A DNA stretch of 64,000 nucleotides from an uncultured Hylemonella sp. (GCA_963513295.1 CAUPQO010000001.1:4367-68366); one strand, 5' to 3'. Positions 42,664 through 54,644 are shown, counted from the stretch's first letter. Notes: generated by a model not told the origin, from the sequence alone. Made by a program: numbers and translations.

Positions 42664-43949
42664 TTTTTCAACTCGATCTTTTGTTCGGCCAAACCACCCT
42701 TGACGGCCTGGCCCTTGCAGCTCGGGCGGCAGTAGAAGTCAGCCTGGCTCAGGTCGGCCACGGTGCCGATGTCCTTGTCACCCCGGCCGGAGAGGTTGAC
42801 CAGGATGGACTGGTCAGCGCGCATGGTCTTGGCCAGCTTCATGGCGTAGGCCACGGCGTGGCTGGATTCCAGCGCGGGGATGATGCCCTCGGTGCGGCAG
42901 AGGTAGTGGAAGGCAGCCAGGGCCTCGGTGTCCGTGATGCCGACGTACTCGGCGCGGCCGATGTCCTTGAGGAAGGCGTGCTCAGGGCCCACACCGGGGT
43001 AGTCCAGGCCGGCGCTGATGCTGTGGGTCTCGGTGACCTGGCCGTCCTCGTTCTGCAGCACATAGGTGCGGTTACCGTGCAGCACGCCCGGGCTGCCGCG
43101 CTGCAGCGAGGCCGAGTGCTTGCCGCTGTCCATGCCCTCGCCGGCAGCTTCCACGCCGATCAGGCGCGTCTTGTCGTGCTGGATAGAGGGGTAGAAGATG
43201 CCCATGGCATTGCTGCCGCCGCCCACGCAGGCGACCACGGCGTCGGGCTGGCTGCTCTTGCAGCCGGTGCGCTGCAGCATCTCGGGCATCTGCACCAGGC
43301 ATTCCTCACCGATCACGCTCTGGAAGTCGCGCACCATCATGGGATAAGGGTGCGGGCCGGCCACGGTGCCGATGATGTAGAAGGTGTTGTCCACGTTGGC
43401 CACCCAATCGCGCATGGCCTCGTTGAGGGCATCCTTGAGCGTCTTGCTGCCGGATTCGACGGGCACCACGGTGGCACCCAGCAGCTTCATCCGGTAGACG
43501 TTGGGGCTCTGGCGCTTAACGTCTTCCGAGCCCATGTAGACCACGCACTCCAGCCCGTAGCGTGCGCAGATGGTGGCCGTGGCCACACCGTGCTGGCCGG
43601 CGCCAGTCTCGGCAATGATGCGCGTCTTGCCCATGCGGCGGGCCAGCATGGCCTGGCCGATGGTGTTGTTGATCTTGTGCGCGCCGGTGTGGTTCAGGTC
43701 CTCGCGCTTGAGGAAGATCTGTGCGCCGCCCTGCTCGCGGCTCATGCGGGCTGCGTGGTAGACCGGCGAGGGGCGGCCGACGAAGTGGGCCAGCTCATAC
43801 TTGAACTCGGCGATGAAGTCCGGGTCGTGCTGGTATTGGGCGTAGGCCGCGCGCAACTGGTTGATGGCGTGGGTCAGTGTTTCGCTGACGAAGCTGCCCC
43901 CGTAGATGCCGAAATGGCCCTTGGCATCGGGCTGGTGATAGTCGAACAT
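42660..43949 (-). CDS. trpB: Tryptophan synthase beta subunit
   Basis: [39 protein letters not shown]. Confidence 0.98.
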   Translation of the reverse strand: MFDYHQPDAKGHFGIYGGSFVSETLTHAINQLRAAYAQYQHDPDFIAEFKYELAHFVGRPSPVYHAARMSREQGGAQIFLKREDLNHTGAHKINNTIGQAMLARRMGKTRIIAETGAGQHGVATATICARYGLECVVYMGSEDVKRQSPNVYRMKLLGATVVPVESGSKTLKDALNEAMRDWVANVDNTFYIIGTVAGPHPYPMMVRDFQSVIGEECLVQMPEMLQRTGCKSSQPDAVVACVGGGSNAMGIFYPSIQHDKTRLIGVEAAGEGMDSGKHSASLQRGSPGVLHGNRTYVLQNEDGQVTETHSISAGLDYPGVGPEHAFLKDIGRAEYVGITDTEALAAFHYLCRTEGIIPALESSHAVAYAMKLAKTMRADQSILVNLSGRGDKDIGTVADLSQADFYCRPSCKGQAVKGGLAEQKIELKK

Positions 43950-43952
43950 GTT

Positions 43953-44624
43953 TTAACCTGCGAGTTGTGCGTCGGTGGCACGCACGGCCGCGACGAACTG
44001 GTGGATCTTGGCGGCGTCCTTGATGCCCTTGGCGAGCTCGACGCCGGAACTGACATCAACGGCCAGCGATTTACAGCGCGGCCGCAGCTGTCGTATGCCT
44101 TCGGTCACGTTTGCAGGCGTGAGTCCACCACTCAAGACGAGGTGAGCGTCGACGCTTGGAGGTAGAAGTGACCATTCGAACGATTTGCCGCCGCCGCCGA
44201 ACCCCTCGACATGCGCGTCGAGCAGGACGGCCTGGGCGGCCGAGTAATGCTGGGCGTATTTTACGAGATCGAAGCCACGGCCGGCTTCGCCCAGGGGTAT
44301 GCGGGCGGCGCGCAGGAAAGGGCGGGCGCCGGCCGCCGCCAGGCATTGCTCCGGCGTCTCGTCGCCATGGAATTGCAGGGTGGCGTTGGGGATCAGGGCG
44401 CAGGCGGCCTGGATCTGTTCCGGGGGGGCGTTGACCACGAGCAGCACCGGCGTCATGAAAGCGGGCAGGCGACGGACCAGCTCGGCGGCGCGTTGTGCCG
44501 TGACATGACGGGGGCTTTTCTCGTACAGCACAAAACCAACGGCATCGGCGCCGGCCTCCACGGCTGCCTCCACGTCCTGTTCACGCGTGAGGCCGCAGAT
44601 CTTGATGCGGGTTCTTGCTGTCAT
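43953..44624 (-). CDS. trpF: Phosphoribosylanthranilate isomerase
   Basis: RIKICGLT, LQFHGDE, LSGGL, VDVSSGVE. Confidence 0.96.
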   Translation of the reverse strand: MTARTRIKICGLTREQDVEAAVEAGADAVGFVLYEKSPRHVTAQRAAELVRRLPAFMTPVLLVVNAPPEQIQAACALIPNATLQFHGDETPEQCLAAAGARPFLRAARIPLGEAGRGFDLVKYAQHYSAAQAVLLDAHVEGFGGGGKSFEWSLLPPSVDAHLVLSGGLTPANVTEGIRQLRPRCKSLAVDVSSGVELAKGIKDAAKIHQFVAAVRATDAQLAG

Positions 44625-45403
44625 GGCAACCAATCATACGCAGGCGTACGGTCCGGCAGGCCCCAGCGGGTCTCGTAGCGCGGCCCCAGGAAGTACAGGC
44701 CATCCGGGGCGAAGGTCGGGGCGGCGGCGTCGCGGCTGCGCGCGGCGATGACCTCGGCCATCCACTCGGGCGGCTGCTTGCCCTGACCGATGGTGATGAG
44801 ACAACCCATGATGTTGCGGATCATGTGGTGCAGGAAGGCATTGGCCTCGAACTCGAAGCGCCAGTAGGCACCGCGGCGGCTGATATCGATCCGCATGAGG
44901 TTCTTGACCGGCGACAGGGCCTGGCAGGCCGAGGCACGCAAGGAGGTGAAGTCGTGTTCGCCCAGCAGGTGGGGCAGTGCCTGTTGCATCCGTGCCAAGT
45001 CCAGGGGCTGGAACACCCAACCGACGCGATGGGTGTCGATGCTGGGGCGCACCGGCGACTCCAGCAGCAGGTAGGCGTAGCGCCGTGAGGTGGCGCTGGC
45101 GCGGCAATGGAAGGCCTCGGGGACGACCTGCGCCCATTGCACGGCGATGTCGCGGGGCAGGAAGCTGTTGGTGCCGCGCACCCAGGCGTAGGGAGTCCGT
45201 TCGGCCGTAGTGTCGAAGTGCACCACCTGCATCAGGCCATGCACGCCGGCATCGGTGCGGCCGGCACAGAGGGTGGAGATGCGCTGATCGGCGAACTGGC
45301 CCAGCGCTTTTTCCAGCTGGTCCTGGACCGTGCGGCCCGACGGCTGGCTCTGCCAGCCGTCGTAAGGGGTGCCGTCGTAACTGACGCCGAGGGCGAGCCT
45401 CAC
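44621..45403 (-). CDS. truA: tRNA pseudouridine(38-40) synthase
   Basis: SYDG..Y.GWQ, AGRTDAGVH, ANAFLHHMIR. Confidence 0.96.
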   Translation of the reverse strand: MRLALGVSYDGTPYDGWQSQPSGRTVQDQLEKALGQFADQRISTLCAGRTDAGVHGLMQVVHFDTTAERTPYAWVRGTNSFLPRDIAVQWAQVVPEAFHCRASATSRRYAYLLLESPVRPSIDTHRVGWVFQPLDLARMQQALPHLLGEHDFTSLRASACQALSPVKNLMRIDISRRGAYWRFEFEANAFLHHMIRNIMGCLITIGQGKQPPEWMAEVIAARSRDAAAPTFAPDGLYFLGPRYETRWGLPDRTPAYDWLP

Positions 45404-45434
45404 GACACGGCCTGCAGGGACGAGCCCGGCCGGA

Positions 45435-47897
45435 TCAGCCGAGCGCGGCCAGTGCCTTCTGGGCCCTGGACTTCATGTCACCCGAGGCTTCGGCAATGAT
45501 TTCCTCGATCAGGGCGCGGGCACCATCGGTGTCACCGATAGCCTTGAACTCGTCGGCCAGCGCCAGCTTGGTGGCCAGCGGGTCGTCCGAGCCGCCACCC
45601 GGCTGCTCCGAGGGCGAGTCCAGGTCGAGCGACAGGCCACCCATGTCGAAATTCATCATATTGTCTGCAGCCGGGGCGGCGGCGGGTGCCATGCTGATCT
45701 CGGGCAGGGGCGGGGCCTCAAAAGCCATGCCATTGTCGGGTGCCGTGGCGATCGGCGCGGGCATGGTGGCGGCCGAAGGGGCCGGGCCGCGTGACTCGGC
45801 TTCGTCGAGCGAGAAGTCCAGGTCCAGATCCAGGTCCATGCCGGCACCTGCGGCCGCAGCGGCTGCCGCGGGGGCGGCTTGTCGCACGGGCTGGCTGGCA
45901 TAGCTGCCGGAACTGGCCTGCAGGGGGGCGGGCGCCGAAGCGGGCGGCTCGCCTCCGGGCTGGTAGGCCTCGTTGTTCGGGTCGATGCCGCGGCCGAGTT
46001 CACAGATGTGTTCCCATTCGCTGCCGCTGCCGCCGGTGACCTTGTAGGCTTCCTTGGCGATCACGCCAAAGTTCTTCACGTCGCGCCGCTTGGCGTAGAT
46101 TTCCAGCAATTTCTGGTGGATGGCGACGCGGCTGGGGTGGTTGCGCAGCGCTTCCTTGAGGATTTCCTCGGCCTGCAGGTCACGGCCGTAAGCGAGGTAG
46201 ACATCGGCTTCAGCGACGGGGTCGACATCGTCGCCAGCATCAAGCTGGCTGGGCGAGTAGACCATGGACGAGGAACTGCTGGCACCGTTGTCATTGGTGT
46301 CAACTCGTTGTCCGCCGCTTGCTCCGAAAAAAGAGTCAGGCTGGAGACGGCTCTCCAGGTAGGCGCTATCGACTTGGGAGGCGTTCTTGCGCTGACGGCT
46401 GCGGTAAAAGGCCAGACCGGCCAGCAGGGCCACCAGACCACCAGCCGCCGCCGGGATCAGCGGGTTGTCCATCAGCTCGTCGAGCAGGGAGGGCTCTTCG
46501 ACCACGGGGGCCGGCCTGGGGGCCGATGCCACCGGACGCGGCATCGGCGCGGTGGCCTGGGGGGCAGGCGCCGGGGCGCTGGCCGCCGGAACTGCTGCGG
46601 GCGCCACGGTGACCGTGGGGGCGGGCGTCGCGACCGGCGCAGAGGCTACCGGAGTCGCGGCCGGCACAGCGGGTGCCGCCGGTTTGGCCGGCGCCGAGGC
46701 CACCGGTGCGGGTGTGGCGGCTGCCGTCTTGCTGAGTTTTTCCAGTTCAGCGACGTTCTTGGACAGGGCCTCGGTGCGGGCTGCGGCGTCCTTGGCACTG
46801 CGCTCCATGGCCAGTTTGTCTTCCGGCGCCTTGGCCTGGACGGCGCCCTTGGACAAGGTCAGCTTGTCGGGGGCGGTGGTGGCCGGCTTCTTTTCCTCGA
46901 CCTGGGGCTGCACGCTGCCGCTGGTCTTGCGGTCGGCGGCCGCTTCGGGGCTGGCCGGGGCACTGGCCGCCAGGCGGCGGCGGAATTCGTTGAAGTCCCT
47001 GCTCTGGGTCTGCAGGATCTGGCGGGCCTCGTCGGCCGGGGTGGCTTGTGCCTCCTCGGCGCCGGGCATGTCCAGCACAGCGCCCTTGCGCAGCCGGTTG
47101 ACGTTGCCACCAATAAAGGCTTCCGGGTTGCTGCGCAGCATGGCGACCAGCATCTGGTCGAGTGATACGTCGGCCGCTTTCTGGGCCAGGGCAATGCGCC
47201 CGGCCGTATCACCGGCCTTGACGGTCAACTGCTGTCGTCCCGCCACGGCCGGGGCTGGGGGCTCCGTGCTCTTGGGGGGCTCGGCGGTGGCCACCGGGGC
47301 GGGCTCCGGACTGGGCTGGGCAGGTTCGGCCACCGGGGCGACCGATTGTGCAGGCGCCACCGGGGCGGGAACCACGGCCGGGGCTTCGGCCGGTGCAGGT
47401 GCGGGTGCCGCGGGCGGTGCGATCTGGACCGGCACGGCACTGACCTGAGGGGCCTGCGGCGTGACGGGCTGCGATCCGTTGAGGACCGGAGGATCAAAAA
47501 GCATCGTGTAATCGCGCACGATGCGGCCGGAGGACCAGTTGGCCTCCAGGATCAGGTCCACATAGGGCTCGTTGATGGCGCGTGAGTTGCTCAGACGCAG
47601 GTACTGCTGTCCGTTCGCGCGTTTCTGCAGGGAAATCTGCAGGCCATTGAGGGCCGAGCTGTACTCCATGCCACTGGCCCGGTAGGTATCCGGCAGGGCG
47701 ACACGGGGCCGTAGGGAGGAGGCTTCGTCCTCGTTGATCTCGAGGATCTCGATTTCGGCACGTAGCGGTTCGCCCAGCGCCGACTGGACCACGATGCGGC
47801 CCAGGGAGAGCGCAGCAGCTTGCGTGCCCCACAAACCGAGAACCGTGGCGGAGGCAATCGCCAGGGCTCTTTGCCAGCGTTGTGACTTAGCAATCAA
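45435..47897 (-). CDS. fimV: FimV/HubP polar landmark protein
   Basis: LGRI.VQSALGEPLRAEI, LysM-like NPEAF..NVNRL, EADVYLAYG, C-terminal TKLALA; start uncertain (TTG). Confidence 0.9.
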   Translation of the reverse strand: MIAKSQRWQRALAIASATVLGLWGTQAAALSLGRIVVQSALGEPLRAEIEILEINEDEASSLRPRVALPDTYRASGMEYSSALNGLQISLQKRANGQQYLRLSNSRAINEPYVDLILEANWSSGRIVRDYTMLFDPPVLNGSQPVTPQAPQVSAVPVQIAPPAAPAPAPAEAPAVVPAPVAPAQSVAPVAEPAQPSPEPAPVATAEPPKSTEPPAPAVAGRQQLTVKAGDTAGRIALAQKAADVSLDQMLVAMLRSNPEAFIGGNVNRLRKGAVLDMPGAEEAQATPADEARQILQTQSRDFNEFRRRLAASAPASPEAAADRKTSGSVQPQVEEKKPATTAPDKLTLSKGAVQAKAPEDKLAMERSAKDAAARTEALSKNVAELEKLSKTAAATPAPVASAPAKPAAPAVPAATPVASAPVATPAPTVTVAPAAVPAASAPAPAPQATAPMPRPVASAPRPAPVVEEPSLLDELMDNPLIPAAAGGLVALLAGLAFYRSRQRKNASQVDSAYLESRLQPDSFFGASGGQRVDTNDNGASSSSSMVYSPSQLDAGDDVDPVAEADVYLAYGRDLQAEEILKEALRNHPSRVAIHQKLLEIYAKRRDVKNFGVIAKEAYKVTGGSGSEWEHICELGRGIDPNNEAYQPGGEPPASAPAPLQASSGSYASQPVRQAAPAAAAAAAGAGMDLDLDLDFSLDEAESRGPAPSAATMPAPIATAPDNGMAFEAPPLPEISMAPAAAPAADNMMNFDMGGLSLDLDSPSEQPGGGSDDPLATKLALADEFKAIGDTDGARALIEEIIAEASGDMKSRAQKALAALG

Positions 47898-48102
47898 TTT
47901 AGGGGCCTCCGGTGCTCGGGCGAAGTAGGTGTGAACGCCACGGTTTTTAGTCCAAAACCATGATCATGAAACTGGAAAAGTACGTTAACATCAATATGTT
48001 AGCCTGACAAGCTGAGAAAGCGCTTAACTTTCTTGGCCTAAGCTCCTGGCTCTGGTTCAGGCTGTATTTGTTGTTAACGGACAACGAATATCTGTCTCCG
48101 CA

Positions 48103-49242
48103 TCAAGCTTGCAGCAGGATGCGCAGCATGCGACGCAGCGGCTCGGCCGCACCCCACAAAAGCTGGTCGCCGACCGTGAACGCGCCCAGGTAGTCATTGC
48201 CCATGGCCAGCTTGTGCAGGCGGCCCACCGGCACGGTCAGCGTGCCCGTCACGGCGGCCGGCGTGAGTTCACGCTCGGTGATCTCGCGCTGGTTGGGGAC
48301 CACTTTCACCCAGTCGTTGGCGCCGGCCAGCAGGCTTTCGATCTCGGCCAGCGGCACGTCCTTCTTCAGCTTGACCGTCAGGCCCTGCGAGTGGCAGCGC
48401 ATGGCGCCGATGCGCACGCACAGGCCGTCGATCGGGATGCTGCCGGCGCTGCGGAAGGCCGGATTGCCCAGGATCTTGTTGCACTCGGCGCCGCCCTTCC
48501 ACTCCTCCTTGCTCTGGCCGTGCTCGACCGGCACGTCGATCCAGGGGATCAGGCTGCCGGCCAGGGCCGTGTTGCGGAAGTTCTTGGTCGGAAAGCTGGC
48601 GTCGCGCATGGTGGCGGCCACCTTGCGGTCGATGTCCAGGATGGCCGAGGCCGGGTCGGCCAGCTCGGCCTTGACGGCGTCGTGCAGGGCGCCCATCTGG
48701 CTCAGCAGCTCGCGCATGTTCTGCGCGCCGGCACCCGAGGCTGCCTGGTAGGTCATGGCGCTGACCCACTCGACCAGACCGGCCTTGAACAGCCCGCCCA
48801 TGCCCATGAGCATCAGGCTGACGGTGCAGTTGCCGCCGATCCAGTTGCGGCCGCCCTTGGCCAGCGATTGGTCGATGACGTCGCGGTTGACGGGGTCCAG
48901 GATGATGACGGCGTCATCGGCCATGCGCAGCGAAGAGGCGGCGTCGATCCAGTGGCCTTTCCAGCCGGCAGCGCGCAGCTTGGGGTAGACCTCCTTGGTG
49001 TAGTCGCCGCCCTGGCAGGTCAGGACGATGTCGCACTTCCTGAGGTCCTCGATGCTGTTGGCGTCCTTGAGGGTGGTTTCGTTCTTGGCCAGGGCCGGGG
49101 CTTTGCCGCCGGCATTGGAAGTGGAGAAGAACACCGGCTCGATCAGGCCGAAGTCGCCCTCGGCCTGCATGCGGTCCATCAGGACCGAGCCCACCATGCC
49201 TCGCCAGCCGACGAGGCCCACCACATTGCCTACCTTGCTCAT
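48103..49242 (-). CDS. asd: Aspartate-semialdehyde dehydrogenase
   Basis: [30 protein letters not shown]. Confidence 0.97.
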   Translation of the reverse strand: MSKVGNVVGLVGWRGMVGSVLMDRMQAEGDFGLIEPVFFSTSNAGGKAPALAKNETTLKDANSIEDLRKCDIVLTCQGGDYTKEVYPKLRAAGWKGHWIDAASSLRMADDAVIILDPVNRDVIDQSLAKGGRNWIGGNCTVSLMLMGMGGLFKAGLVEWVSAMTYQAASGAGAQNMRELLSQMGALHDAVKAELADPASAILDIDRKVAATMRDASFPTKNFRNTALAGSLIPWIDVPVEHGQSKEEWKGGAECNKILGNPAFRSAGSIPIDGLCVRIGAMRCHSQGLTVKLKKDVPLAEIESLLAGANDWVKVVPNQREITERELTPAAVTGTLTVPVGRLHKLAMGNDYLGAFTVGDQLLWGAAEPLRRMLRILLQA

Positions 49243-49314
49243 CACATGCCCTTTCAATCAAATCCTGTTAACCCGGCTCGTCGGCCGGGTGGGCGTGACG
49301 AACCGAGAGCTGTT

Positions 49315-50397
49315 TCAGCCCTTGGTTTTCGTAATGGCGGCGACTACGGCGTCGCCCATCTCGCGGGTGCCAACCTTCGTGGTACCTGCCGACCAGATGT
49401 CTGCCGTGCGCAGTCCGGACGCGAGCACGCTCTTGACGGCCGACTCGATACGGTCGGCGGCCGTGGCCTGGTTGAGCGAGAAGCGGAGCATCATGGCAGC
49501 AGACAGTATTGTAGCCAGCGGGTTGGCGATGCCCTTGCCCGCGATGTCGGGCGCGCTGCCGTGGCTGGGCTCGTACAGGCCCTGGTTCTTGCTGTTCAGG
49601 CTGGCCGAGGGCAGCATGCCGATGGAGCCGGTCAGCATGGCGGCTTCGTCGGACAGGATGTCGCCGAACATATTGCCGGTGACGATCACGTCGAAGCTCT
49701 TGGGCGCCTTGACCAGCTGCATGGCGGCGTTGTCCACGTACATATGGCTCAGTTCGACGTCCGGGTACTGCTGGTGCACTTCGGTGACCACGTCCTTCCA
49801 GAACTGGAAGGTCTCGAGCACATTGGCTTTATCGACGCTCGTGACCTTCTTGTTGCGCTTGCGCGCGGCCTGGAAGGCGGTGTGGGCAATGCGCTCGATC
49901 TCGGGTTTGCTGTAGCGCATGGTGTCGAAGGCTTCCTCGGCGCCGGGGAAGGCACCGTCGGTGGCCGTGCGGCGGCCGCGCGGCTGACCGAAGTAGATGT
50001 CGCCGGTCAGTTCGCGCACGATCAGGATGTCCAGGCCGGCGATCAGCTCGGGCTTGAGGCTGGAGGCACCCACGAGTTCTTCGTAGCAAATGGCCGGGCG
50101 GAAGTTGGCGTACAGGCCCAGGTGTTTGCGCAGACCCAGGATGGCCTGCTCGGGGCGCAGGGCCCGTTCGAGCTTGTCGTATTTCCAGTCACCGACAGCG
50201 CCGAACAGGATGGCGTCGGACGCCTTGGCCAGGTTCAGCGTGGCATCGGGCAAGGGATGGCCGGCGGCCTCGTAGGCCGCGCCGCCCACGGGAGCGGTTT
50301 CCATCTCGAATTTCAGATCCAGGACCTGGAGGACCTTGACGGCCTCGGCCACGATTTCGGTGCCGATGCCGTCACCCGGAAGAACTGCGATTTTCAT
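49315..50397 (-). CDS. leuB: 3-isopropylmalate dehydrogenase
   Basis: [30 protein letters not shown]. Confidence 0.97.
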   Translation of the reverse strand: MKIAVLPGDGIGTEIVAEAVKVLQVLDLKFEMETAPVGGAAYEAAGHPLPDATLNLAKASDAILFGAVGDWKYDKLERALRPEQAILGLRKHLGLYANFRPAICYEELVGASSLKPELIAGLDILIVRELTGDIYFGQPRGRRTATDGAFPGAEEAFDTMRYSKPEIERIAHTAFQAARKRNKKVTSVDKANVLETFQFWKDVVTEVHQQYPDVELSHMYVDNAAMQLVKAPKSFDVIVTGNMFGDILSDEAAMLTGSIGMLPSASLNSKNQGLYEPSHGSAPDIAGKGIANPLATILSAAMMLRFSLNQATAADRIESAVKSVLASGLRTADIWSAGTTKVGTREMGDAVVAAITKTKG

Positions 50398-50427
50398 GAG
50401 GTAGTTTTGCTATGAATTTGTGAGCGA

Positions 50428-51078
50428 TCAGCCCATCATGGTGTGGGCGAGCCAGGGCTTCTTGGCCAGGCGTTCGGCTTCGTAAGCCGCGATCTTGTCC
50501 TTGTGGCGCAGGGTCAGGCCGATGTCGTCGAAGCCGTTGAGCAGGCAGTACTTGCGGAAGGCCTGTACCTCAAAGGGGATCTCCTCGCCTTGGGGCTTGG
50601 CGACGACCTGGCGCTCCAGGTCGATGGTGAGCTGGTAGCCGGGGAAGGCCGCACATTCGTCGAACAACTGGGCCACTGTGGCCTCGGGCAGTACGATGGG
50701 AAGCAGGCCGTTCTTGAAGCTGTTGTTGAAGAAGATGTCGGCAAAGCTGGGCGCGATGATGGCGCGGAAGCCGTACTGGTCCAGCGCCCAGGGCGCGTGC
50801 TCGCGCGAGGAGCCGCAGCCGAAGTTCTTGCGTGCCAGCAGCACTGAAGCACCGGCATAACGCGGCTGGTTCAGTACGAAATCAGGATTGGGCTTGCGGC
50901 TGGCCGGGTCCTGGCCCGGGTAACCAGCGTCCAGGTAACGCCACTCGTCGAACAGATTGGGACCGAAGCCGGTCTTGCGGATGGACTTGAGGAACTGCTT
51001 GGGGATGATGGCGTCGGTGTCGACGTTCTCGCGATCCATCGGGGCCACGACCCCCTTGTGTACGGTGAACTTCTGCAT
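50428..51078 (-). CDS. leuD: 3-isopropylmalate dehydratase small subunit
   Basis: [24 protein letters not shown]. Confidence 0.97.
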   Translation of the reverse strand: MQKFTVHKGVVAPMDRENVDTDAIIPKQFLKSIRKTGFGPNLFDEWRYLDAGYPGQDPASRKPNPDFVLNQPRYAGASVLLARKNFGCGSSREHAPWALDQYGFRAIIAPSFADIFFNNSFKNGLLPIVLPEATVAQLFDECAAFPGYQLTIDLERQVVAKPQGEEIPFEVQAFRKYCLLNGFDDIGLTLRHKDKIAAYEAERLAKKPWLAHTMMG

Positions 51079-51086
51079 GGCGGGCC

Positions 51087-52508
51087 TCAGGAGAACTTGC
51101 GGATGTCGACGAAGTGACCGTGCACGGCGGCGGCGGCGGCCATGGCCGGGCTGACCAGGTGGGTTCGACCACCGGCGCCCTGGCGCCCTTCGAAGTTGCG
51201 GTTGCTGGTGGAGGCGCAGCGCTCGCCGGGCTCCAGCCGGTCGGCATTCATGGCCAGGCACATGGAACAGCCGGGTTCGCGCCATTCGAAACCGGCGGCC
51301 TTGAAGATCTCGTGCAGGCCTTCGCGCTCGGCCTGTTCCTTGACCTGGCCGGAACCGGGCACCACCAGGGCCAGCTTGACGTTCCTGGCGACCTTCTGGC
51401 CCAGTTTCTTGACCACGGCGGCGGCCTCGCGCATGTCCTCGATGCGGCTGTTGGTGCAGGAGCCGATGAAGACCTTGTCGATGCTGATGTCGGCCAGCGG
51501 CTTGCCGGGCTCCAGACCCATGTAGGTCAGGGCGCGTTCAATGGCGCCGCGCTTGTTGGCGTCTTTTTCCTTGTCCGGGTCGGGCACGCGGCCGTCAATG
51601 CCCAGCAACATCTCTGGAGAGGTGCCCCAGGTGTCCTGCGGCAGGATCTGCGTCGCGTCGAGTTCGACCACGGTGTCGAAGGTCGCGTCCGGGTCGGACT
51701 GCAGGGTCTTCCAGTAGGCGACGGCCTGCTCCCACTCCACGCCGGTGGGCGAGAGCGGACGGCCCCGGACGTACTCGATGGTCTTGTCGTCCACGGCCAC
51801 CAGGCCGGCGCGCGCACCGCCTTCGATGGCCATGTTGCAGACCGTCATGCGGCCTTCCATGGAGAGTGAACGGATGGCCGAGCCTGCGAACTCGATGGTG
51901 TAGCCCGTGCCGCCGGCGGTGCCGATGCGGCCGATGATGGCCAGCACGATGTCCTTGGCGGTCACGCCCTTGGCCAGGGCACCTTCCACCTTGATCAGCA
52001 TGTTCCTGGCCTTCTTGGCCAGCAGGGTCTGCGTGGCCATCACGTGCTCGACTTCGCTGGTGCCGATGCCGTGCGCCAAGGCGCCGAAGGCGCCGTGGGT
52101 GGATGTGTGGGAGTCGCCGCAGACCACGGTCATGCCGGGCAGGGTGGCGCCATTCTCGGGGCCGATGACGTGCACGATGCCCTGGCGCCTGGACAGGAAG
52201 GGGAAGAAGGCGGCGGCGCCCGATTCCTTGATGTTGGCGTCCAGCGTGGTGATCTGTTCCTTGCTGATCGGATCGGCGATGCCGTCGTAGCCCAGTTCCC
52301 AGCCCGTGGTGGGGGTGTTGTGGTCGGCCGTCGCCACGATGGACGACACGCGCCAGACCTTGCGGCCCGCCTGGCGCAGGCCTTCGAAGGCCTGCGGGCT
52401 GGTCACTTCGTGGACCAGGTGGCGATCGATGTAGAGGACGGCGGTGCCGTCTTCCTCGGTGTGGACGACGTGCTCGTCCCAGATCTTGTCGTAAAGGGTG
52501 CGTCCCAT
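51087..52508 (-). CDS. leuC: 3-isopropylmalate dehydratase large subunit
   Basis: [35 protein letters not shown]. Confidence 0.97.
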   Translation of the reverse strand: MGRTLYDKIWDEHVVHTEEDGTAVLYIDRHLVHEVTSPQAFEGLRQAGRKVWRVSSIVATADHNTPTTGWELGYDGIADPISKEQITTLDANIKESGAAAFFPFLSRRQGIVHVIGPENGATLPGMTVVCGDSHTSTHGAFGALAHGIGTSEVEHVMATQTLLAKKARNMLIKVEGALAKGVTAKDIVLAIIGRIGTAGGTGYTIEFAGSAIRSLSMEGRMTVCNMAIEGGARAGLVAVDDKTIEYVRGRPLSPTGVEWEQAVAYWKTLQSDPDATFDTVVELDATQILPQDTWGTSPEMLLGIDGRVPDPDKEKDANKRGAIERALTYMGLEPGKPLADISIDKVFIGSCTNSRIEDMREAAAVVKKLGQKVARNVKLALVVPGSGQVKEQAEREGLHEIFKAAGFEWREPGCSMCLAMNADRLEPGERCASTSNRNFEGRQGAGGRTHLVSPAMAAAAAVHGHFVDIRKFS

Positions 52509-52573
52509 GGCTGTTGTCCGCGTTGCAGTTCTAGGCAATCTGCCATTTTATGCGGACGTTGCGAAGAGGGGCT

Positions 52574-52957
52574 TCAGTCCAGGATATCCAGCTTGGGCGA
52601 GAACTCACGCACCCGGTGGTCCACGTAATAGCCACCGTACTCGGTGTAGCGCAACAACTGCCGCTGGCAGGCCTGGCAGCGCCAGAGCTCGCAGCGGTTG
52701 TAGGGGAAGAACTCGATCGCCACCGGCGCGTCGGGCGAGTCGTAGCGCGTGCCCTGCGGGTGACGTTCCTCGAAGGTCGGCTCATGGACCTCGGGGTCGC
52801 GCAGCGTGGCCAGGGCCTGCATCTGCGCGGCGGGCCAGCGCTCCTCGGTGAGGCTGGTCCAGCCGGGGCTGGGCCCCAGGCCGCAACTGCAGTGGGCAGC
52901 GAGCGGGCTGTCGGCCTGCAGGGCACGCAGTTCAGCGGCGAGTCGGATCAGTTTCAT
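52574..52957 (-). CDS. Cys-containing hypothetical protein
   Basis: 127 aa filling the gltA-leuC gap; CSC, FFPYNRC..W.C..C, LRYTEYGGYY. Confidence 0.65.
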   Translation of the reverse strand: MKLIRLAAELRALQADSPLAAHCSCGLGPSPGWTSLTEERWPAAQMQALATLRDPEVHEPTFEERHPQGTRYDSPDAPVAIEFFPYNRCELWRCQACQRQLLRYTEYGGYYVDHRVREFSPKLDILD

Positions 52958-52975
52958 GCGGCACGGGCCTTGAAG

Positions 52976-53009
52976 AAAAAAGCCCGCCGACGTTGCCGTG
53001 CGGCGGGCT
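52976..53009 (-). terminator. Rho-independent terminator after gltA
   Basis: AGCCCGCCG..CGGCGGGCT with a U6 tract on the minus strand. Confidence 0.75.
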
Positions 53010-53024
53010 GCGTGTCTGCGCGGT

Positions 53025-54335
53025 TCAGCGCTTGGACAGCGGCGGCACGTCGCGGCGCGGCGAACCGGTGTAGAGCTGGCGCGGGCGGCCGATCTTGTAC
53101 TCGGGGTCGCTGATCATCTCGTTGAGCTGGGCAATCCAGCCCACGGTGCGGGCCAGCGCGAAGATGCCGGTGAACAGGTTGACCGGGATGCCGATGGCGC
53201 GCTGCACGATGCCGGAGTAGAAGTCCACGTTCGGGTAGAGCTTGCGCTGCACGAAGTAGTCGTCTTCCACGGCGATCTTCTCCACGGCCATGGCCAGCTT
53301 GAACAGCGGGTCTTTCTCCAGGCCCAGCTCGGCCAGCACTTCCTTGCAGGTTTCCTGCATCAGCTTGGCACGGGGGTCGTAGTTCTTGTAGACGCGGTGG
53401 CCAAAGCCCATCAGGCGCACGCCCGAGTTCTTGTCCTTGACCTGCTCCATGTACTCGCCGACCTTGGCAATGCCGCCCTGGCGCTGGATGTCCTCCAGCA
53501 TGTTCAGGCAGGCCTCGTTGGCGCCGCCGTGTGCCGGGCCCCAGAGGCAGGCCACGCCGGCGGCGATGGCCGCAAACGGGTTGGTGCCCGAGGAGCCGCA
53601 CAGGCGCACGGTCGAGGTGGAGGCGTTCTGCTCGTGGTCGGCGTGCAGGACGAAGATGCGGTCCAGCGCACGTTCGAGCACCGGGTTGACCTTGTAGTCC
53701 TCGCAGGGCGTGCCGAACATCATGCGCAGGAAGTTGCCGGAGTAACTCAGGTCATTGCGCGGGTACATGTAGGGCTGGCCGATGCCGTACTTGTAGGCCA
53801 TGGCGACCAGGGTGGGCAGCTTGGCAATCAGGCGGATCGCGGCGATTTCGCGGTGCTCGGGATTGTTGATGTCGGTGCTGTCGTGATAGAAGGCCGACAG
53901 GGCGCCGATCAGGCCGGTCAGCACGGCCATGGGGTGGGCATCACGGCGGAAGCCGCGCAGGAAGAACTGCATCTGCTCGTTGACCATGGTGTGCATGGTC
54001 ACGCGCTGGGTGAATTCGACCTTCTTCGCGGCGTTGGGCAGGTCGCCGTAGAGCAGCAGGTGGCAGGTTTCGAGGAAGTCGCACTGGGTGGCCAGCTGCT
54101 CGATCGGGTAGCCGCGGTACAGCAGCTCGCCCTTGTCACCATCGATATAGGTGATGGCCGACTGGCAGGAGGCGGTCGACAGGAAGCCCGGGTCATAGGT
54201 GAACATGCCGGTCTGGCCGTACAACTTGCGGATGTCGATGACGTCCGGGCCGATATTGCCCTGGTAGACCGGCAGCTCGACGCTGGGCTTGCCGTTACTG
54301 AACGACAGGGTGGCTTTGTTATCAGCAAGTTTCAT
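53025..54335 (-). CDS. gltA: Citrate synthase (type II)
   Basis: [37 protein letters not shown]. Confidence 0.98.
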   Translation of the reverse strand: MKLADNKATLSFSNGKPSVELPVYQGNIGPDVIDIRKLYGQTGMFTYDPGFLSTASCQSAITYIDGDKGELLYRGYPIEQLATQCDFLETCHLLLYGDLPNAAKKVEFTQRVTMHTMVNEQMQFFLRGFRRDAHPMAVLTGLIGALSAFYHDSTDINNPEHREIAAIRLIAKLPTLVAMAYKYGIGQPYMYPRNDLSYSGNFLRMMFGTPCEDYKVNPVLERALDRIFVLHADHEQNASTSTVRLCGSSGTNPFAAIAAGVACLWGPAHGGANEACLNMLEDIQRQGGIAKVGEYMEQVKDKNSGVRLMGFGHRVYKNYDPRAKLMQETCKEVLAELGLEKDPLFKLAMAVEKIAVEDDYFVQRKLYPNVDFYSGIVQRAIGIPVNLFTGIFALARTVGWIAQLNEMISDPEYKIGRPRQLYTGSPRRDVPPLSKR

Positions 54336-54345
54336 TTTTGACCTT

Positions 54346-54624
54346 TCAGCAGGTGGTTCTCAACATCTTCAGTACTTCGCGTACCTCTTCGCGATCCAGC
54401 CCGGGTTCCACCTCGGCCAAGGGCTTGCGGCCGAGGTGCAGGTCGAGCAGGTCGTTGTCGCTCAGGTCCATCAGGGCGTTCAGGCCCTGCGACTGGCGCA
54501 CGGTCAGGGTGGACTCGAACTGGCGGAAAAATCGCTCGATGAAGAGGTCGTTTTCCAGCAGGCCGCGGCGGCAGCGCCACTTCAGCTTGCTCAGTGCCCT
54601 CGCATCAATCAGTTCATTGTCCAC
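54346..54624 (-). CDS. sdhE: FAD assembly factor SdhE
   Basis: [14 protein letters not shown]. Confidence 0.9.
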   Translation of the reverse strand: MDNELIDARALSKLKWRCRRGLLENDLFIERFFRQFESTLTVRQSQGLNALMDLSDNDLLDLHLGRKPLAEVEPGLDREEVREVLKMLRTTC

Positions 54625-54644
54625 GGTCTACCCTGGTGCTTTGC

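Noticed and set aside
46490-47460. Pro/Ala low-complexity repeats in fimV
   Set aside because: Ordinary disordered linker composition for FimV
47979-48005. Possible dif site (ATATGTTAG resembles the XerD arm)
   Set aside because: Poor match to the XerC arm and wrong spacing
52509-52573. Leucine attenuator or leader peptide upstream of leuC
   Set aside because: The gap is only 65 nt, with no Leu-rich mini-ORF or terminator hairpin
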